IMG/VR virus record: IMGVR_UViG_3300009370_001221 | Span: 1-64,000 of that record | Reading direction: 5' to 3' (one strand) | Length of the DNA stretch: 64,000 nucleotides | Shown here: piece by piece, positions 37,608-47,522 of the stretch | Layout of the letters: each line of letters begins with the position of its first letter | Position numbering within the stretch: the first letter of the stretch is position 1 | Made by a program: the position numbers and the translations under genes | The notes under the pieces: model-generated | What the model saw: only the letters and a program-made list of their open reading frames with translations | Told to the model about the DNA's origin: nothing | Databases searched by the model: none

Positions 37608-38280
37608 TATAATACTGGGCGACTTTATCATTCCAACCTTCAGCCACGGTGTCAAACTCCTCACCTTCAATAACAAATTCTTGATATGTTAAATCACGAC
37701 TGCACATTAGTATAACTCCAGTATTTATTTCTGTATCAAACATCTCATTATGAGCCTGAGCATAAGCAGTAAGTTGGCAAAAGTAATCATCAACCCATTC
37801 TCTTTTCTTTGGTTTATTTGTTTGCTTAAAATCTAAAATTGCTAACTTACCATTCCATAAACCAACACAATCTGTTGTGCCGGCATATAAACCACTGGCA
37901 TACAACGAAACTTCTGTGCCATATATCTCTGCTACTTGCCTAAAACCTTCCGCTATAATAACATTAGACATACTATATGCTTGCTGATGTATTTGATTAC
38001 TGCCTACTTTTCTCTTTTCACTGTTAATGTATAATTCTAAATTTTTATGCATTAACGTGCCAACATTAGCAGCTTCTGTAGTAATTTGCTGTGCTTGCTC
38101 TGTGCCAACACGCTTTCTCCAATTTGCTAATGCTTCTCTTTTTTCTTTTGATTTTGTTGCATCTAGTATAGTTGTAACACTAGGAACACTTGAGCCATCA
38201 GGTAACTTATAATGGCGTTTTCTGTCTATTGTTGTTACTCTGTCAATAGGAGAGTATTCGTATTTCTCTAATAATAGCAT
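37600..38280 (-). CDS. PD-(D/E)XK exonuclease (phage Cas4-like family)
   Basis: PSVTTIL, GTLMH, YAGTTDC, ILDFKQ and QLTAYA. Confidence 0.88.
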   Translation of the reverse strand: MLLLEKYEYSPIDRVTTIDRKRHYKLPDGSSVPSVTTILDATKSKEKREALANWRKRVGTEQAQQITTEAANVGTLMHKNLELYINSEKRKVGSNQIHQQAYSMSNVIIAEGFRQVAEIYGTEVSLYASGLYAGTTDCVGLWNGKLAILDFKQTNKPKKREWVDDYFCQLTAYAQAHNEMFDTEINTGVILMCSRDLTYQEFVIEGEEFDTVAEGWNDKVAQYYNV

Positions 38281-38286
38281 TGTTAT

Positions 38287-38315
38287 ATTATAGTTGATTT
38301 ATATTTAAATGTCAA
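38287..38315 (-). promoter_or_regulatory. Consensus sigma70 promoter, predicted leaderless transcript
   Basis: TTGACA-17nt-TATAAT-6nt-ATG(38280). Confidence 0.8.
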
Positions 38316-38319
38316 GTAT

Positions 38320-39639
38320 TTAAGACAAAGGTCTTGTATGCGGATTATTTGTAGGTTGGGTGAGCCGCCACTCATCCCATTCTTTGGCTGTCATTGTACC
38401 ACCAGGAACTGCATCACCTTTCGCTTTAAAGGCCGCTAACTGGTCCGCCATTGATGAGTGTTCTTTATCATCATCATAATTTGGGTGGAATGGCATATCC
38501 AGTGTATTACCTACAGGACCAAATGTCTCAGGATTCTCTGCAAAAAAGTCATTTAATTTTTCAATATATGGTTTATATTTGTCAAGAGCTTGTTTATTTT
38601 GTTTGCCTAATGCTTCTATTGGCTCTATATTATTCATATCCATCTCTGGATCATATTCTGCAGATATATGAGACTCTCCATGTTTATCACGCAAACTATA
38701 AATTAAATGGCCGCCGGGTGATTCTCCAGTTTCTATATCAGCATCGGCTTCTATAATCCGGTGTGCCATCCAATCAAGTGCTTCTTCATCACTCATCTCT
38801 ACTACTAGATCTGCACCTATCTCTTCCTCCCACGGATCTACGCGGTCCAATTTATCCTCTATATAATCTTGAATGGAGCCGTTATCTTCTATCCAGTTTT
38901 CGAGGAACTCATAAACATTATCGTCAGTATGGTCTACTGGATCGTATTCGGCAGCAAATTCATTTCTTAATCCAAACGTTGGATCCATGGCTTCCTCTTG
39001 ACCAACTGGACAATAACCACTAATGCAATTTTGCATCATTTCGCCTTCGCGTTCCATTTCTTGTTTTGAGTCTAAACGCACCCACATAAAACCATTATCA
39101 AATCTCATTATAATTGGTGCTTCAGTTTCTAAACGTTGCCTTTCTACTTTATCATGTTTCCATTTTTGAGCACCTAATTGAGTCATAACATTCAGTGCTT
39201 TTTTTATGCCTTGGAAATCATATTTTCCTTGTTGATAAGCATTTTTAATAGGAGCAAGTTTATTTTTAATATCTATGTCAGTGTCCGGATCAGATAACTT
39301 TTCATGAAATTTGGAAAAGTTTGCGTTGTAAAGTGCCATTAAATCAACATGCAATTGATTTAAATCTTTTTCTTCAATTGTATATACTTGGTCTGTAGCG
39401 TTTTGAATATAATCTGGATCTTTTTCTGTTGGTGTGTAAGTTGTTAGCGCATACTCTACGTAGTTGCCATTAATAATATCCTTTCTCATTCTTTTTAAGA
39501 AAGCGTTGTGATTGATATCCATATCCAAATTTGACAAGTCAACACTTAAATCACGTATGAACTTGTCAAGACGTGCTAAACCCTGTGGCTCAACGTTTGC
39601 TTCAATTAGTATTGGATTAAAAAATTCGGCTAATAGCAT
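38320..39639 (-). CDS. PcfJ-like domain protein
   Basis: WVRL...EGEMMQNCISGY and IYSLRD...HISAE...GKQN motifs separated by an acidic insert. Confidence 0.55.
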   Translation of the reverse strand: MLLAEFFNPILIEANVEPQGLARLDKFIRDLSVDLSNLDMDINHNAFLKRMRKDIINGNYVEYALTTYTPTEKDPDYIQNATDQVYTIEEKDLNQLHVDLMALYNANFSKFHEKLSDPDTDIDIKNKLAPIKNAYQQGKYDFQGIKKALNVMTQLGAQKWKHDKVERQRLETEAPIIMRFDNGFMWVRLDSKQEMEREGEMMQNCISGYCPVGQEEAMDPTFGLRNEFAAEYDPVDHTDDNVYEFLENWIEDNGSIQDYIEDKLDRVDPWEEEIGADLVVEMSDEEALDWMAHRIIEADADIETGESPGGHLIYSLRDKHGESHISAEYDPEMDMNNIEPIEALGKQNKQALDKYKPYIEKLNDFFAENPETFGPVGNTLDMPFHPNYDDDKEHSSMADQLAAFKAKGDAVPGGTMTAKEWDEWRLTQPTNNPHTRPLS

Positions 39640-39658
39640 ATAACATATTTATTCCGCA

Positions 39659-41017
39659 TTAACCTCTACGTGTGGCTGGATTATCCACTGTAAAAGAAGT
39701 ATCACCAATTGAAACCCTTACTGCTGGTTCATACCCAGCACCTGGTTTTGGAAAACGGTATGTTCCACGATTGCCATTTGTAAATCCAGAAAAACTGCCA
39801 GTATCACCACCTACAATAACAGTTGTTTGGGCATATTTGGAAGGCAACAATACAACAAGATTGCCATCACCTTCAGATATTGGTTTCCAAACTGCTCCAG
39901 TTCCCAAAGCACCGAATGAAGTAATCCCTGAAAAAGTTGTAATAGATCCGCCACCGCCACCGCTGCCATGTGTGGTACTACTACCACCAGGATGTTCAGG
40001 AGTGCCAGAATCACCTGGCCGGCCAGCATTACCAGTTTCTGGTTTTCCTGCTGGATTATATGTATTATAATGATCTAAATCTTGTGTTACACCATCTCCT
40101 GTGTTTACTTTACCGGCTTGCAAGGCAAAATCGGACCCCACTTCACTACGTAATAAACCAGTCTGCGTCATGTGTCCAAAAGAAGTATCTAATGCACCAA
40201 TTAGTCCATTAACAACACCCATTACTTGTGCTATAGCAGCTCCTGCCGATGTTTCACTACTTCCACCCACATTAAATGCAGAACCATCACCAATATCAGC
40301 AGTTGCTTTAACTGCTGTATCATTTTTTGTACCGGCGGCCGCGGGACGCATAACTGTTTGCCCAGTACCTTTATTGCCTAAGCCATAAAATTCTATTTTT
40401 GTTTGATGATGTATTGGTTCAATTAATCCTGCAACGGGATGAACTTGTAATCCTGACGGCATGAGAGCCGAAGGATCTGCTGTTTTAGCACCAACTGGTG
40501 CTAGTTGATCTGGCTTGCCAATAACCAAAGTATCATCTATAACCGTTACATGATCAAATACAGTATTATTCCAGTTAAGAACCCATTTAATTTTATTTGT
40601 TGTTGTAGCATCAAACCAATTGCCTGGATGTATTTGATAACCAAACTTTCTAAAATGAGATAATACTGCGTTAATACGTTTATGATTAACAAATATATTT
40701 GGATCTATCTCTTTTATTGCCGCTTGTACTTCTTTCATGGTCATTTCTGTAATACCAGGAATACGTTGAACAGAAGTAAAATCTGTTCGTCCTTTCCACC
40801 CAGCACCGTACATATAAACTTCTTCCAATAACCACCAATCACCATAATTGTAAGCACCGGCCATACCGGCACCGGTAGAAATAACTGTTTTTACTTTGCC
40901 TGCATCAGAAGCATCTTCAATAGCATCATTGATAAACTCAATTTCTGCTTTTACTACTGAATCGCCTAGAATTACTTTGCCGCGCACATCGGCGGCTGAT
41001 TTAGTATGACTTGCCAT
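39659..41017 (-). CDS. Virion protein; N-terminal domain paralogous to 41248..41613
   Basis: Shared motifs (see findings); TATAAATA-N5-ATG. Confidence 0.55.
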   Translation of the reverse strand: MASHTKSAADVRGKVILGDSVVKAEIEFINDAIEDASDAGKVKTVISTGAGMAGAYNYGDWWLLEEVYMYGAGWKGRTDFTSVQRIPGITEMTMKEVQAAIKEIDPNIFVNHKRINAVLSHFRKFGYQIHPGNWFDATTTNKIKWVLNWNNTVFDHVTVIDDTLVIGKPDQLAPVGAKTADPSALMPSGLQVHPVAGLIEPIHHQTKIEFYGLGNKGTGQTVMRPAAAGTKNDTAVKATADIGDGSAFNVGGSSETSAGAAIAQVMGVVNGLIGALDTSFGHMTQTGLLRSEVGSDFALQAGKVNTGDGVTQDLDHYNTYNPAGKPETGNAGRPGDSGTPEHPGGSSTTHGSGGGGGSITTFSGITSFGALGTGAVWKPISEGDGNLVVLLPSKYAQTTVIVGGDTGSFSGFTNGNRGTYRFPKPGAGYEPAVRVSIGDTSFTVDNPATRRG

Positions 41018-41038
41018 ACTATTATTTATATGGGATTA

Positions 41039-41251
41039 TTATTGGGACTTCTGTTTTATCTTTTCTTTAACTGCTTTATCTACTTCAACTGCGTGATTAG
41101 CAGTTAGTGGGGTTGGGCGTTCTTGTTCTGTGCCGAGAGGACTAAACTTACCGTCAGGACTTTTAATATCAGAATCTACATCTGGGTTGGGATTTATGCC
41201 TGCTTGCGTTAAGACTGTGTCTTTAGGCGCGGTGAATTCTTTTAGTCTCAC
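41039..41251 (-). CDS. Hypothetical protein
   Basis: MRLKEF N-terminal motif; GTGA overlap. Confidence 0.5.
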   Translation of the reverse strand: MRLKEFTAPKDTVLTQAGINPNPDVDSDIKSPDGKFSPLGTEQERPTPLTANHAVEVDKAVKEKIKQKSQ

Positions 41252-41613
41252 CAGCTTATTTCCCAGTAAAAAGTATCGTTAGTTGTGGTGTTTTTCTTTC
41301 TAACAATAGTATATTTTTTACTGGTAAAGTGGGACATTACTTCGCTCATCTGTTCTGTTTTTAATGTGCTAGTAGAAGTACCTTTCCAAACTTTATAATA
41401 AGATTCTCCAGTAGCATCGTTTTTTGTCATTGGACTACCAGTAATTGTTGTGCCTGCGATTGTAACAGTTGTTGTATCTGTTGAAGTGGTTGTTAATGCG
41501 TTAGCTGCAATTGCCGCTAATACACGCAATTCTAATATTGAGATTTCTTGAGCAATTAGACTATTATCTTGTCCACGTTCTCTTGCTAATGTTGCTGTAG
41601 GGAAATATGCCAT
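41248..41613 (-). CDS. Hypothetical virion protein
   Basis: Thr-rich; ends YWEISW; in the late gene run. Confidence 0.55.
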   Translation of the reverse strand: MAYFPTATLARERGQDNSLIAQEISILELRVLAAIAANALTTTSTDTTTVTIAGTTITGSPMTKNDATGESYYKVWKGTSTSTLKTEQMSEVMSHFTSKKYTIVRKKNTTTNDTFYWEISW

Positions 41614-42000
41614 TTAAATTCTCTTTTTCATTGCTCGTTTAGCCATGTCATCTACTGTATTCTGACTTGGCTCATCTATATTCTCTGGATCTGAAAAACT
41701 TATTTCTTCTCCTGAATCGGTATTAAGTACAATTTCTTGGTCATTATGATCACGAATTAAATTTTCAAATGCACCTGGATCCATATCTTTTAATTGCAAA
41801 AATGCTTCATAATCCATAGGTATACCTGTTACATTATACACTTCTGCAGACAATACAGAAAAAGGCACTACTGCATCATTTGGATTTGTTGAGGATTCAG
41901 CTGAACTTAATTCATTAACCAAAATAGTAAGCAATGCATCCTGCTGTTCTTTAGCTCCTGAATCTTCAGTAACTTTATTAATGACCTCAACAATTCGCAT
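41614..42000 (-). CDS. Hypothetical protein
   Basis: MRIVEV N-terminus; VDDMAKRAMKKR C-terminus. Confidence 0.6.
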   Translation of the reverse strand: MRIVEVINKVTEDSGAKEQQDALLTILVNELSSAESSTNPNDAVVPFSVLSAEVYNVTGIPMDYEAFLQLKDMDPGAFENLIRDHNDQEIVLNTDSGEEISFSDPENIDEPSQNTVDDMAKRAMKKRI

Positions 42001-42001
42001 G

Positions 42002-43132
42002 TTACTCGCGCTCTGCTCTGCCTATTTCTTCTTCCGCACCAGCTGCTACATCAGCAGTTTCAAAATCTTCTTCTGGCATTGGTTCTGCATCCATAGGCAC
42101 TTCTTCAACTGGTGCTTCTACACCCATTGCTTGTGGTACTTGCTCTTCACCAGTAAGTATTCTGCTTGCTTGTGAAAGTGTTTCACGTGCTGTGCCATTA
42201 GCTGCAACTAGTTCATCTAATGTTGGAATAACAATGTTAGCATATGCTGTACTAATTTCTGCACCAACTTCATCACGCATTGCATCTAGCAATGGTGGGA
42301 GATCTTCGTTGCGTAATTTACTTAAATCATCAACTGCTTTTTGTACTCTATCTACAACATCTTTTGATGCTAGTAATAGTTCTGCTTGGTCTTCTTGACT
42401 TTCATATAAGCCACGTAATCTATCTGATATTTCTTCTTTACTTTCGTCAACACCCAACTGTTTCCTTGCACGTTTTGTAAGATTATTAAGCATTTGAACG
42501 TTTGCCATTCCACTCATCATAATATCATCTAGCATGTCTATCAATGGAAGAAATGATTTTACAAACATTGCTGGTACTGCTTTACCATCATGGGCCATTT
42601 CAATTGCCCTTTTAGCTCGCATCATATTTGCTGAGCCAACTAATTTACGTAGTGCTACAAATCCTTTTGGATCAAAAACAAAATGTCCTTTATCTTCATC
42701 AAGTTTTTCTTCATCAACCTTTTTATTTTTTTCGTCAACTTGAGCTGCTACTTTTTCCCATTTAGTACCGGCCGGCTTTATTTTCTTACCTGCGCCAAAT
42801 CCACCTTTGCTTGAACCACCTTGGCCTGGAATTGGTTGTGCATCTGCGGCGGCAGTATTTTCTTTGTTAAATTCATTAAGTTTAAGTTCAGCAATGTGCT
42901 TTTCTAAATTTTCTTTGATGAAAATTTTAGCCAAATAAGATTTTGTTTTATGTAAGTTGTGTCTATCTTCTGATAAACGTTGCTTCTGTATTTCTTCGTT
43001 AACAGAAAGTAGTAGTTGTGCTGACTTATCTAAGTCTAGTTTACTAATATCTACTTTCACACCAAACGTATTTTGCATACTATTTGCAAATTGGTTCGCT
43101 GTTTGCGTTGGTTTAATATCAGTTAAATTCAT
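42002..43132 (-). CDS. Helical virion protein, possibly head core/scaffold
   Basis: Acidic helical protein with several (L/I)xE sites, in the late cluster. Confidence 0.45.
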   Translation of the reverse strand: MNLTDIKPTQTANQFANSMQNTFGVKVDISKLDLDKSAQLLLSVNEEIQKQRLSEDRHNLHKTKSYLAKIFIKENLEKHIAELKLNEFNKENTAAADAQPIPGQGGSSKGGFGAGKKIKPAGTKWEKVAAQVDEKNKKVDEEKLDEDKGHFVFDPKGFVALRKLVGSANMMRAKRAIEMAHDGKAVPAMFVKSFLPLIDMLDDIMMSGMANVQMLNNLTKRARKQLGVDESKEEISDRLRGLYESQEDQAELLLASKDVVDRVQKAVDDLSKLRNEDLPPLLDAMRDEVGAEISTAYANIVIPTLDELVAANGTARETLSQASRILTGEEQVPQAMGVEAPVEEVPMDAEPMPEEDFETADVAAGAEEEIGRAERE

Positions 43133-43174
43133 AGTTGTGTATCCAAATATTGTAAAATAAGTTATATGTATTTA

Positions 43175-43657
43175 TTAAAAAACATGATTAAAATACATCG
43201 TGTTTAATTGTTTTAGAGCATATCTAGCCTTATACATGTATGTTTTCAGTCTATCTTCAAACAAATTGACTTTGAACCAATCTCCTTCATCTGCATATTG
43301 CCTCATTCTTTCCTTTGCAAATTTTAATTTTTCAATGTTTATTGAAAACTGCTCATCCAATTCTTTCACTTCTTTATACAACACACTATTTTGATTATTA
43401 TAAAAAATTGACAGCATAATTGCTGATTTTTTGTGTACAATATCTTTCTCTATTATAGAAAATCCACGATTAAACCCTTTCTTTAAAATATAGCCAGACT
43501 TGTTTTTTTGTATACGAATATCACCTACTTTAATACCTTTGTTTATTTTTTTAACTTTTAAATAATGAAGACGCTTCTCTTTCTTTAACTTATCAATTAA
43601 AGAATCGTATACATCAACGAATTTTTTATCAATTTTTTTCTTTGATTGCTGTTGCAT
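43175..43657 (-). CDS. Hypothetical basic protein
   Basis: ORF; TAAATA-N5-ATG. Confidence 0.6.
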   Translation of the reverse strand: MQQQSKKKIDKKFVDVYDSLIDKLKKEKRLHYLKVKKINKGIKVGDIRIQKNKSGYILKKGFNRGFSIIEKDIVHKKSAIMLSIFYNNQNSVLYKEVKELDEQFSINIEKLKFAKERMRQYADEGDWFKVNLFEDRLKTYMYKARYALKQLNTMYFNHVF

Positions 43658-43699
43658 AGTATTATTTAATTATAATTTAATAATTAGATTAATTACTGA

Positions 43700-44536
43700 T
43701 TAAGCATCAAAGGCTGGATTTGGATCGGTACCGTATTTTTTATACCACTCTACTGTGCCATATTTAGGTTTAGATACTTGTGCCACTGGCTCATCTCGCC
43801 GAGGTTCAGGTGCGTCTACACCTTGTGTTTTTTGTTTTGGTATTGGTGTAGCATAGTCTTGTTTTTGTTTGTATAACTCCATTTTATCAATGATATCTTG
43901 TTGATATTGTAATCCAGCATCTCCTTTAGGAGTTGGACCAGCATTATACATTCGTGATGCTTGATCATCTGTTTTTGCACCATATTTTTCTTTTTGTAAT
44001 TTCCAATATACTCCAGCAACTCTTATATTATCTTCAGGATCATGTAAATCTACTTTTCGACCAAGATACTTTTCTACATCTTTTCTTGCTAATTCTCTAA
44101 TTTGTCCTATACCAATTGCAGTACCTTTATCACCTGTAAGTGTTTTTCCAGTTTTATCATCTGTATGATTAAAACTTGATTCTTGATGTAAATGAGCAGC
44201 TAATCTCGCATATGGAATACCAAGTTCTTTTGCAATTTTAGCAATGCGTTCTTTATATATTTTATATGACCTAGGAATTTCTGAAGATTCAGTTAAAGGC
44301 ATTCTAACTTTTATATTAGATTCATTTATTTGGGTATTACGAACAAAAGCAATTTCACCTTCTCTTTTAACACGCTTAAATACAGACTTATTAACCAACC
44401 CATTAGCAGTATGAACTTCTCGTTCTGTTAAATCTTTTTTGTATATCGGCTCATTGGAATAAGAAAGTAAAAACTCACTTTCCACAAGACTAATATAAAC
44501 TAATGCTGTTAAACCTGCTACTTGTGCAAATCTCAT
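43700..44536 (-). CDS. Lytic transglycosylase (SLT) domain protein
   Basis: HQESSF, AIGIGQI, DPEDNIRVAGVY and YNAGP. Confidence 0.85.
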   Translation of the reverse strand: MRFAQVAGLTALVYISLVESEFLLSYSNEPIYKKDLTEREVHTANGLVNKSVFKRVKREGEIAFVRNTQINESNIKVRMPLTESSEIPRSYKIYKERIAKIAKELGIPYARLAAHLHQESSFNHTDDKTGKTLTGDKGTAIGIGQIRELARKDVEKYLGRKVDLHDPEDNIRVAGVYWKLQKEKYGAKTDDQASRMYNAGPTPKGDAGLQYQQDIIDKMELYKQKQDYATPIPKQKTQGVDAPEPRRDEPVAQVSKPKYGTVEWYKKYGTDPNPAFDA

Positions 44537-45051
44537 CGTATGTCCAGTGGAATCCCTTGCCGTTTCATTTTTCTTACAAGTTGTGCCTGCTCTGCTGGAC
44601 TACGCTCTATTTCAAGTGCAATGCCATTAGGACTCATAGTCACAAAATAATCTTTCCAACTTATTATTTTAGGACGTTTTGCTATATTATTTGGATCTGA
44701 AACATATAACCGGCCACTTCTTATTAAATTAGCTTGCGATTGTGCTATCCCTAATTGTAATAATTGTTCATCAGGTGTTATAATATATATTGTAGGATTT
44801 GCAGGCCATGGTTGCTCACGTATAGATATAGGATTACCAATTTGTCCTATTAAACCTAATGCTAATTTTGCTTCATCTGCTTCGGAAGGTTCAGTTGTCA
44901 TTTCACCAGTATCTGGATCAATACGCATATCACGCCCAGTACTATCTAAATCAACAGAAGTATCAACACCAGGTTGACCATGCAATTCAATATCATGTCC
45001 TGATACGCCTTTAATACTTAATGGTGCTTCAAATAATTCTGCTAATTTCAT
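44533..45051 (-). CDS. Hypothetical protein
   Basis: MKLAELFEA N-terminus. Confidence 0.6.
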   Translation of the reverse strand: MKLAELFEAPLSIKGVSGHDIELHGQPGVDTSVDLDSTGRDMRIDPDTGEMTTEPSEADEAKLALGLIGQIGNPISIREQPWPANPTIYIITPDEQLLQLGIAQSQANLIRSGRLYVSDPNNIAKRPKIISWKDYFVTMSPNGIALEIERSPAEQAQLVRKMKRQGIPLDIR

Positions 45052-45323
45052 CGTTTGCCAGCCTTATTTAATTTTTGTTTCATTATACTTGCTGGATTAG
45101 TTCTTTTTGTTCTCTTTGATTTTCGAGCAATTTTTGCACCAATCTTTGCTTTAAGCATTTTTAATTTAAAACGCTTTTTAATATCTGGTGCCGCAAAACA
45201 CTGTGCTGGCTTCGCAACAATCCTTCCTTTACGTCGGCCAGAAGTACACCGGTACTTACGAACGAGTTTTTTACCCGCCCTATGCCAAGCCATTTTTACT
45301 TCAAAGAGTTCTTCCAAATACAT
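45048..45323 (-). CDS. Basic protein, possible DNA-binding head protein
   Basis: MYLEELFE then K/R-rich; YRCTSGRRKGRIV..PAQC. Confidence 0.6.
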   Translation of the reverse strand: MYLEELFEVKMAWHRAGKKLVRKYRCTSGRRKGRIVAKPAQCFAAPDIKKRFKLKMLKAKIGAKIARKSKRTKRTNPASIMKQKLNKAGKR

Positions 45324-45342
45324 TGTATATGTATTTATTGAT

Positions 45343-45591
45343 TTATGCTATAGTTAATAGATAGATGACTGCTGAAAATAGAGCAGTAATGATGGAACCA
45401 CTTAAAATGTACATAGATTTATACTTATTTTTTTCGTTGACTAGTAGATTATGTCTAATTTCATCGAGTTGCTGTTCAATGACCGTTAAACGACTTTCAA
45501 TTCGTTCCATATTCTCCTCCAAGTAACCGTAGCGTTCACTGCAGATTTCTACGTGTGCCTCGAGGCTCTGTTTTTCAATCTCTGATGGCAT
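45343..45591 (-). CDS. Coiled-coil protein with C-terminal TM helix (XhlA/holin-like topology)
   Basis: LEAHVEICSERY coiled coil followed by a hydrophobic tail. Confidence 0.55.
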   Translation of the reverse strand: MPSEIEKQSLEAHVEICSERYGYLEENMERIESRLTVIEQQLDEIRHNLLVNEKNKYKSMYILSGSIITALFSAVIYLLTIA

Positions 45592-45619
45592 AATAATCCT
45601 TTAATGTCATACAAAAAAT

Positions 45620-45695
45620 GCCTACCGCCCGCCCTTTAATTTGTGCCTTTACAAATGCCTATCATTTCGCCTAAAATGAGCCTAAGTCTCTGCCT
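45620..45695 (-). repeat. Periodic AGGC motif array in the leader of 45343..45591
   Basis: GCCT (plus strand) at 45620, 45645, 45657, 45669, 45680 and 45692, plus GCCC at 45631. Confidence 0.7.
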
Positions 45696-45720
45696 AGTAC
45701 GAGTATTTATGAAGGGTGGG

Positions 45721-46278
45721 TTATAGATTAAAAGGTATTTTTTCGTTTAAAACAAAATATATATTTTTATTACGAGGATTACTAGCATCCCAAATGGGGG
45801 TTTTTAGTTTAATTGATTCTGTTAAATTAGCAATTACAGGAACATTAGTGAAATCATTTATCAGGCCTGATAATAGTTGATCTTCTTGTCCACGCTCGGT
45901 ATAAAGTCCAACTTGCTCTACACTAAAAGAAGTAGACCAAAATATATGTTTTCCTTTATATGAGGAACCAAAATTTAATTGCTTAATATCATCTACTGTA
46001 TATTTCCGTGGAAGTTCAATATACATAGGGTTTCCACGTAAACTAATAGTTTGTATAAATGTTTCACAATTGCTTTGTTGGTTTCTACTTTTATTCCAAG
46101 ACTGTTCATTATTGACTACTTGTTTTGCATCATCAATAAATGCAGAAATGTCTGCTCTGTAAGGTGACACCACGCCTGTTTGTGTAATATCTACTAGGGT
46201 ATATACAGTAATAAACTCACCAACGCCACTTCCAAACTTGCCTTCGCCAGCAATACCATGTGCTCTTTCTTTTGCCAT
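45721..46278 (-). CDS. Hypothetical virion protein
   Basis: YTLVDITQTG...RNQQSN...ISLRGNP...NIYF. Confidence 0.6.
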   Translation of the reverse strand: MAKERAHGIAGEGKFGSGVGEFITVYTLVDITQTGVVSPYRADISAFIDDAKQVVNNEQSWNKSRNQQSNCETFIQTISLRGNPMYIELPRKYTVDDIKQLNFGSSYKGKHIFWSTSFSVEQVGLYTERGQEDQLLSGLINDFTNVPVIANLTESIKLKTPIWDASNPRNKNIYFVLNEKIPFNL

Positions 46279-46318
46279 AACTTACCTATAATATGCTATT
46301 ATAATATTTAGTGTAGGC

Positions 46319-46347
46319 AAAAAAAAGCGGAGCATTTATGCTCCGCT
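46319..46347 (-). terminator. Rho-independent terminator
   Basis: AGCGGAGCAT-TT-ATGCTCCGCT preceded by an A run (U tract on the minus strand). Confidence 0.85.
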
Positions 46348-46405
46348 CTTTAAATCTACTAGTCTTTAGAAATTTCTAAAAACTGGGTGATTTTACGCTA
46401 GTATC

Positions 46406-46699
46406 TTATTCAAAGAAACATGCTACAGCTGCCGCTGTTACACCTGTTGCGCCACCATAGTTAGCACCTACTGCTGGGACTGGGCCTTCTACTAGTACGT
46501 GAACAACATCTGTTTCAGCTGTATTAAAACCGCCTGCTGTGTCATCACCAATACCTACAATAGTTGCTGTTGTCTGTATGTGTTGAGAACATTTATCAAG
46601 TTCTGCTTGAGTAATGTTTGTCTTTGATAGTGTGATCAAAGTTACCATTTTGCCTGCATAAACTACGCCGGCTTTTGCGGGGTTTGTTAAACTCGCCAT
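46406..46699 (-). CDS. Small, probably abundant virion protein (decoration-like)
   Basis: AAGGAGA RBS, TAAATA upstream, own terminator; Ala/Thr/Gly-rich. Confidence 0.5.
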   Translation of the reverse strand: MASLTNPAKAGVVYAGKMVTLITLSKTNITQAELDKCSQHIQTTATIVGIGDDTAGGFNTAETDVVHVLVEGPVPAVGANYGGATGVTAAAVACFFE

Positions 46700-46785
46700 T
46701 TTAAATCTCCTTTATCTTGTAGTGTGTAAACTAATTTACACCGTTAATATTATTTATCCCAAAAATAAGAAATTATTGGCTAATA

Positions 46786-47514
46786 TTAATATTTTTCGTA
46801 ATCATCAGCGTGTCCTTTTAAAGGACCGCCTGTAATTTTTCGAGCAATGCCTTTACCAATAAGGGCACCAGCACCAAACGCAGCCAAAGCACCCCAGGCA
46901 CCACCACCTGCACGAACTTTTTCAGGATTATCAACACCCTTAATCTCATAACCACCCTTACGAACAAATGATTCATATGGACTACGCAAATCACTACGAG
47001 CAGACTTTGCTTTCATTGCTTGTAATAAACGAGTTGCGCCAAGTTTACGTTCACTACCATATAATCTATTCCAATCACTCAATAATCTTCGTGTTGCACT
47101 ATATTGAGAATTGCGAATACCTAAATTTCTTTCAAGAGTCATCAAAAATTGTTTATCAAAGTTTGGATTTACTTTACCACTTGCAACTTGTCGTAAATAA
47201 TTTTTAAATTGCAATGTAGGCATACTCGCTCGTCCCATTGGTCCAATTTTATCCGCATAACGCTCTGGTTGGTTAAGTATAGCAACCCAATTATGCAAAT
47301 CAGTACCAGTAGTACGAATATTGTCGAATCCTGGATACGCTAATGTCTTTTTTGCGTATTCTTGGGCGAATTTCATAGAATTAGGATCATTCCTCATTGC
47401 TTGTAATGATAAAATATTCATAAACACCGATTCTGCTACTTCTTCTGCAGACATGTTTATTTGTTTAGAATTACGCAATGCTTTTGATTCAAAAATATTT
47501 TTAATAAATTCCAT
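46786..47514 (-). CDS. Hypothetical virion protein
   Basis: TAAATA-N5-ATG; Gly/Ala hydrophobic C-terminal segment. Confidence 0.55.
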   Translation of the reverse strand: MEFIKNIFESKALRNSKQINMSAEEVAESVFMNILSLQAMRNDPNSMKFAQEYAKKTLAYPGFDNIRTTGTDLHNWVAILNQPERYADKIGPMGRASMPTLQFKNYLRQVASGKVNPNFDKQFLMTLERNLGIRNSQYSATRRLLSDWNRLYGSERKLGATRLLQAMKAKSARSDLRSPYESFVRKGGYEIKGVDNPEKVRAGGGAWGALAAFGAGALIGKGIARKITGGPLKGHADDYEKY

Positions 47515-47522
47515 AATACTAT

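Noticed and set aside
37600-38280. Cas4 as evidence of CRISPR-Cas
   Set aside because: Stand-alone phage PD-(D/E)XK exonuclease without the four-Cys Fe-S pattern; no array
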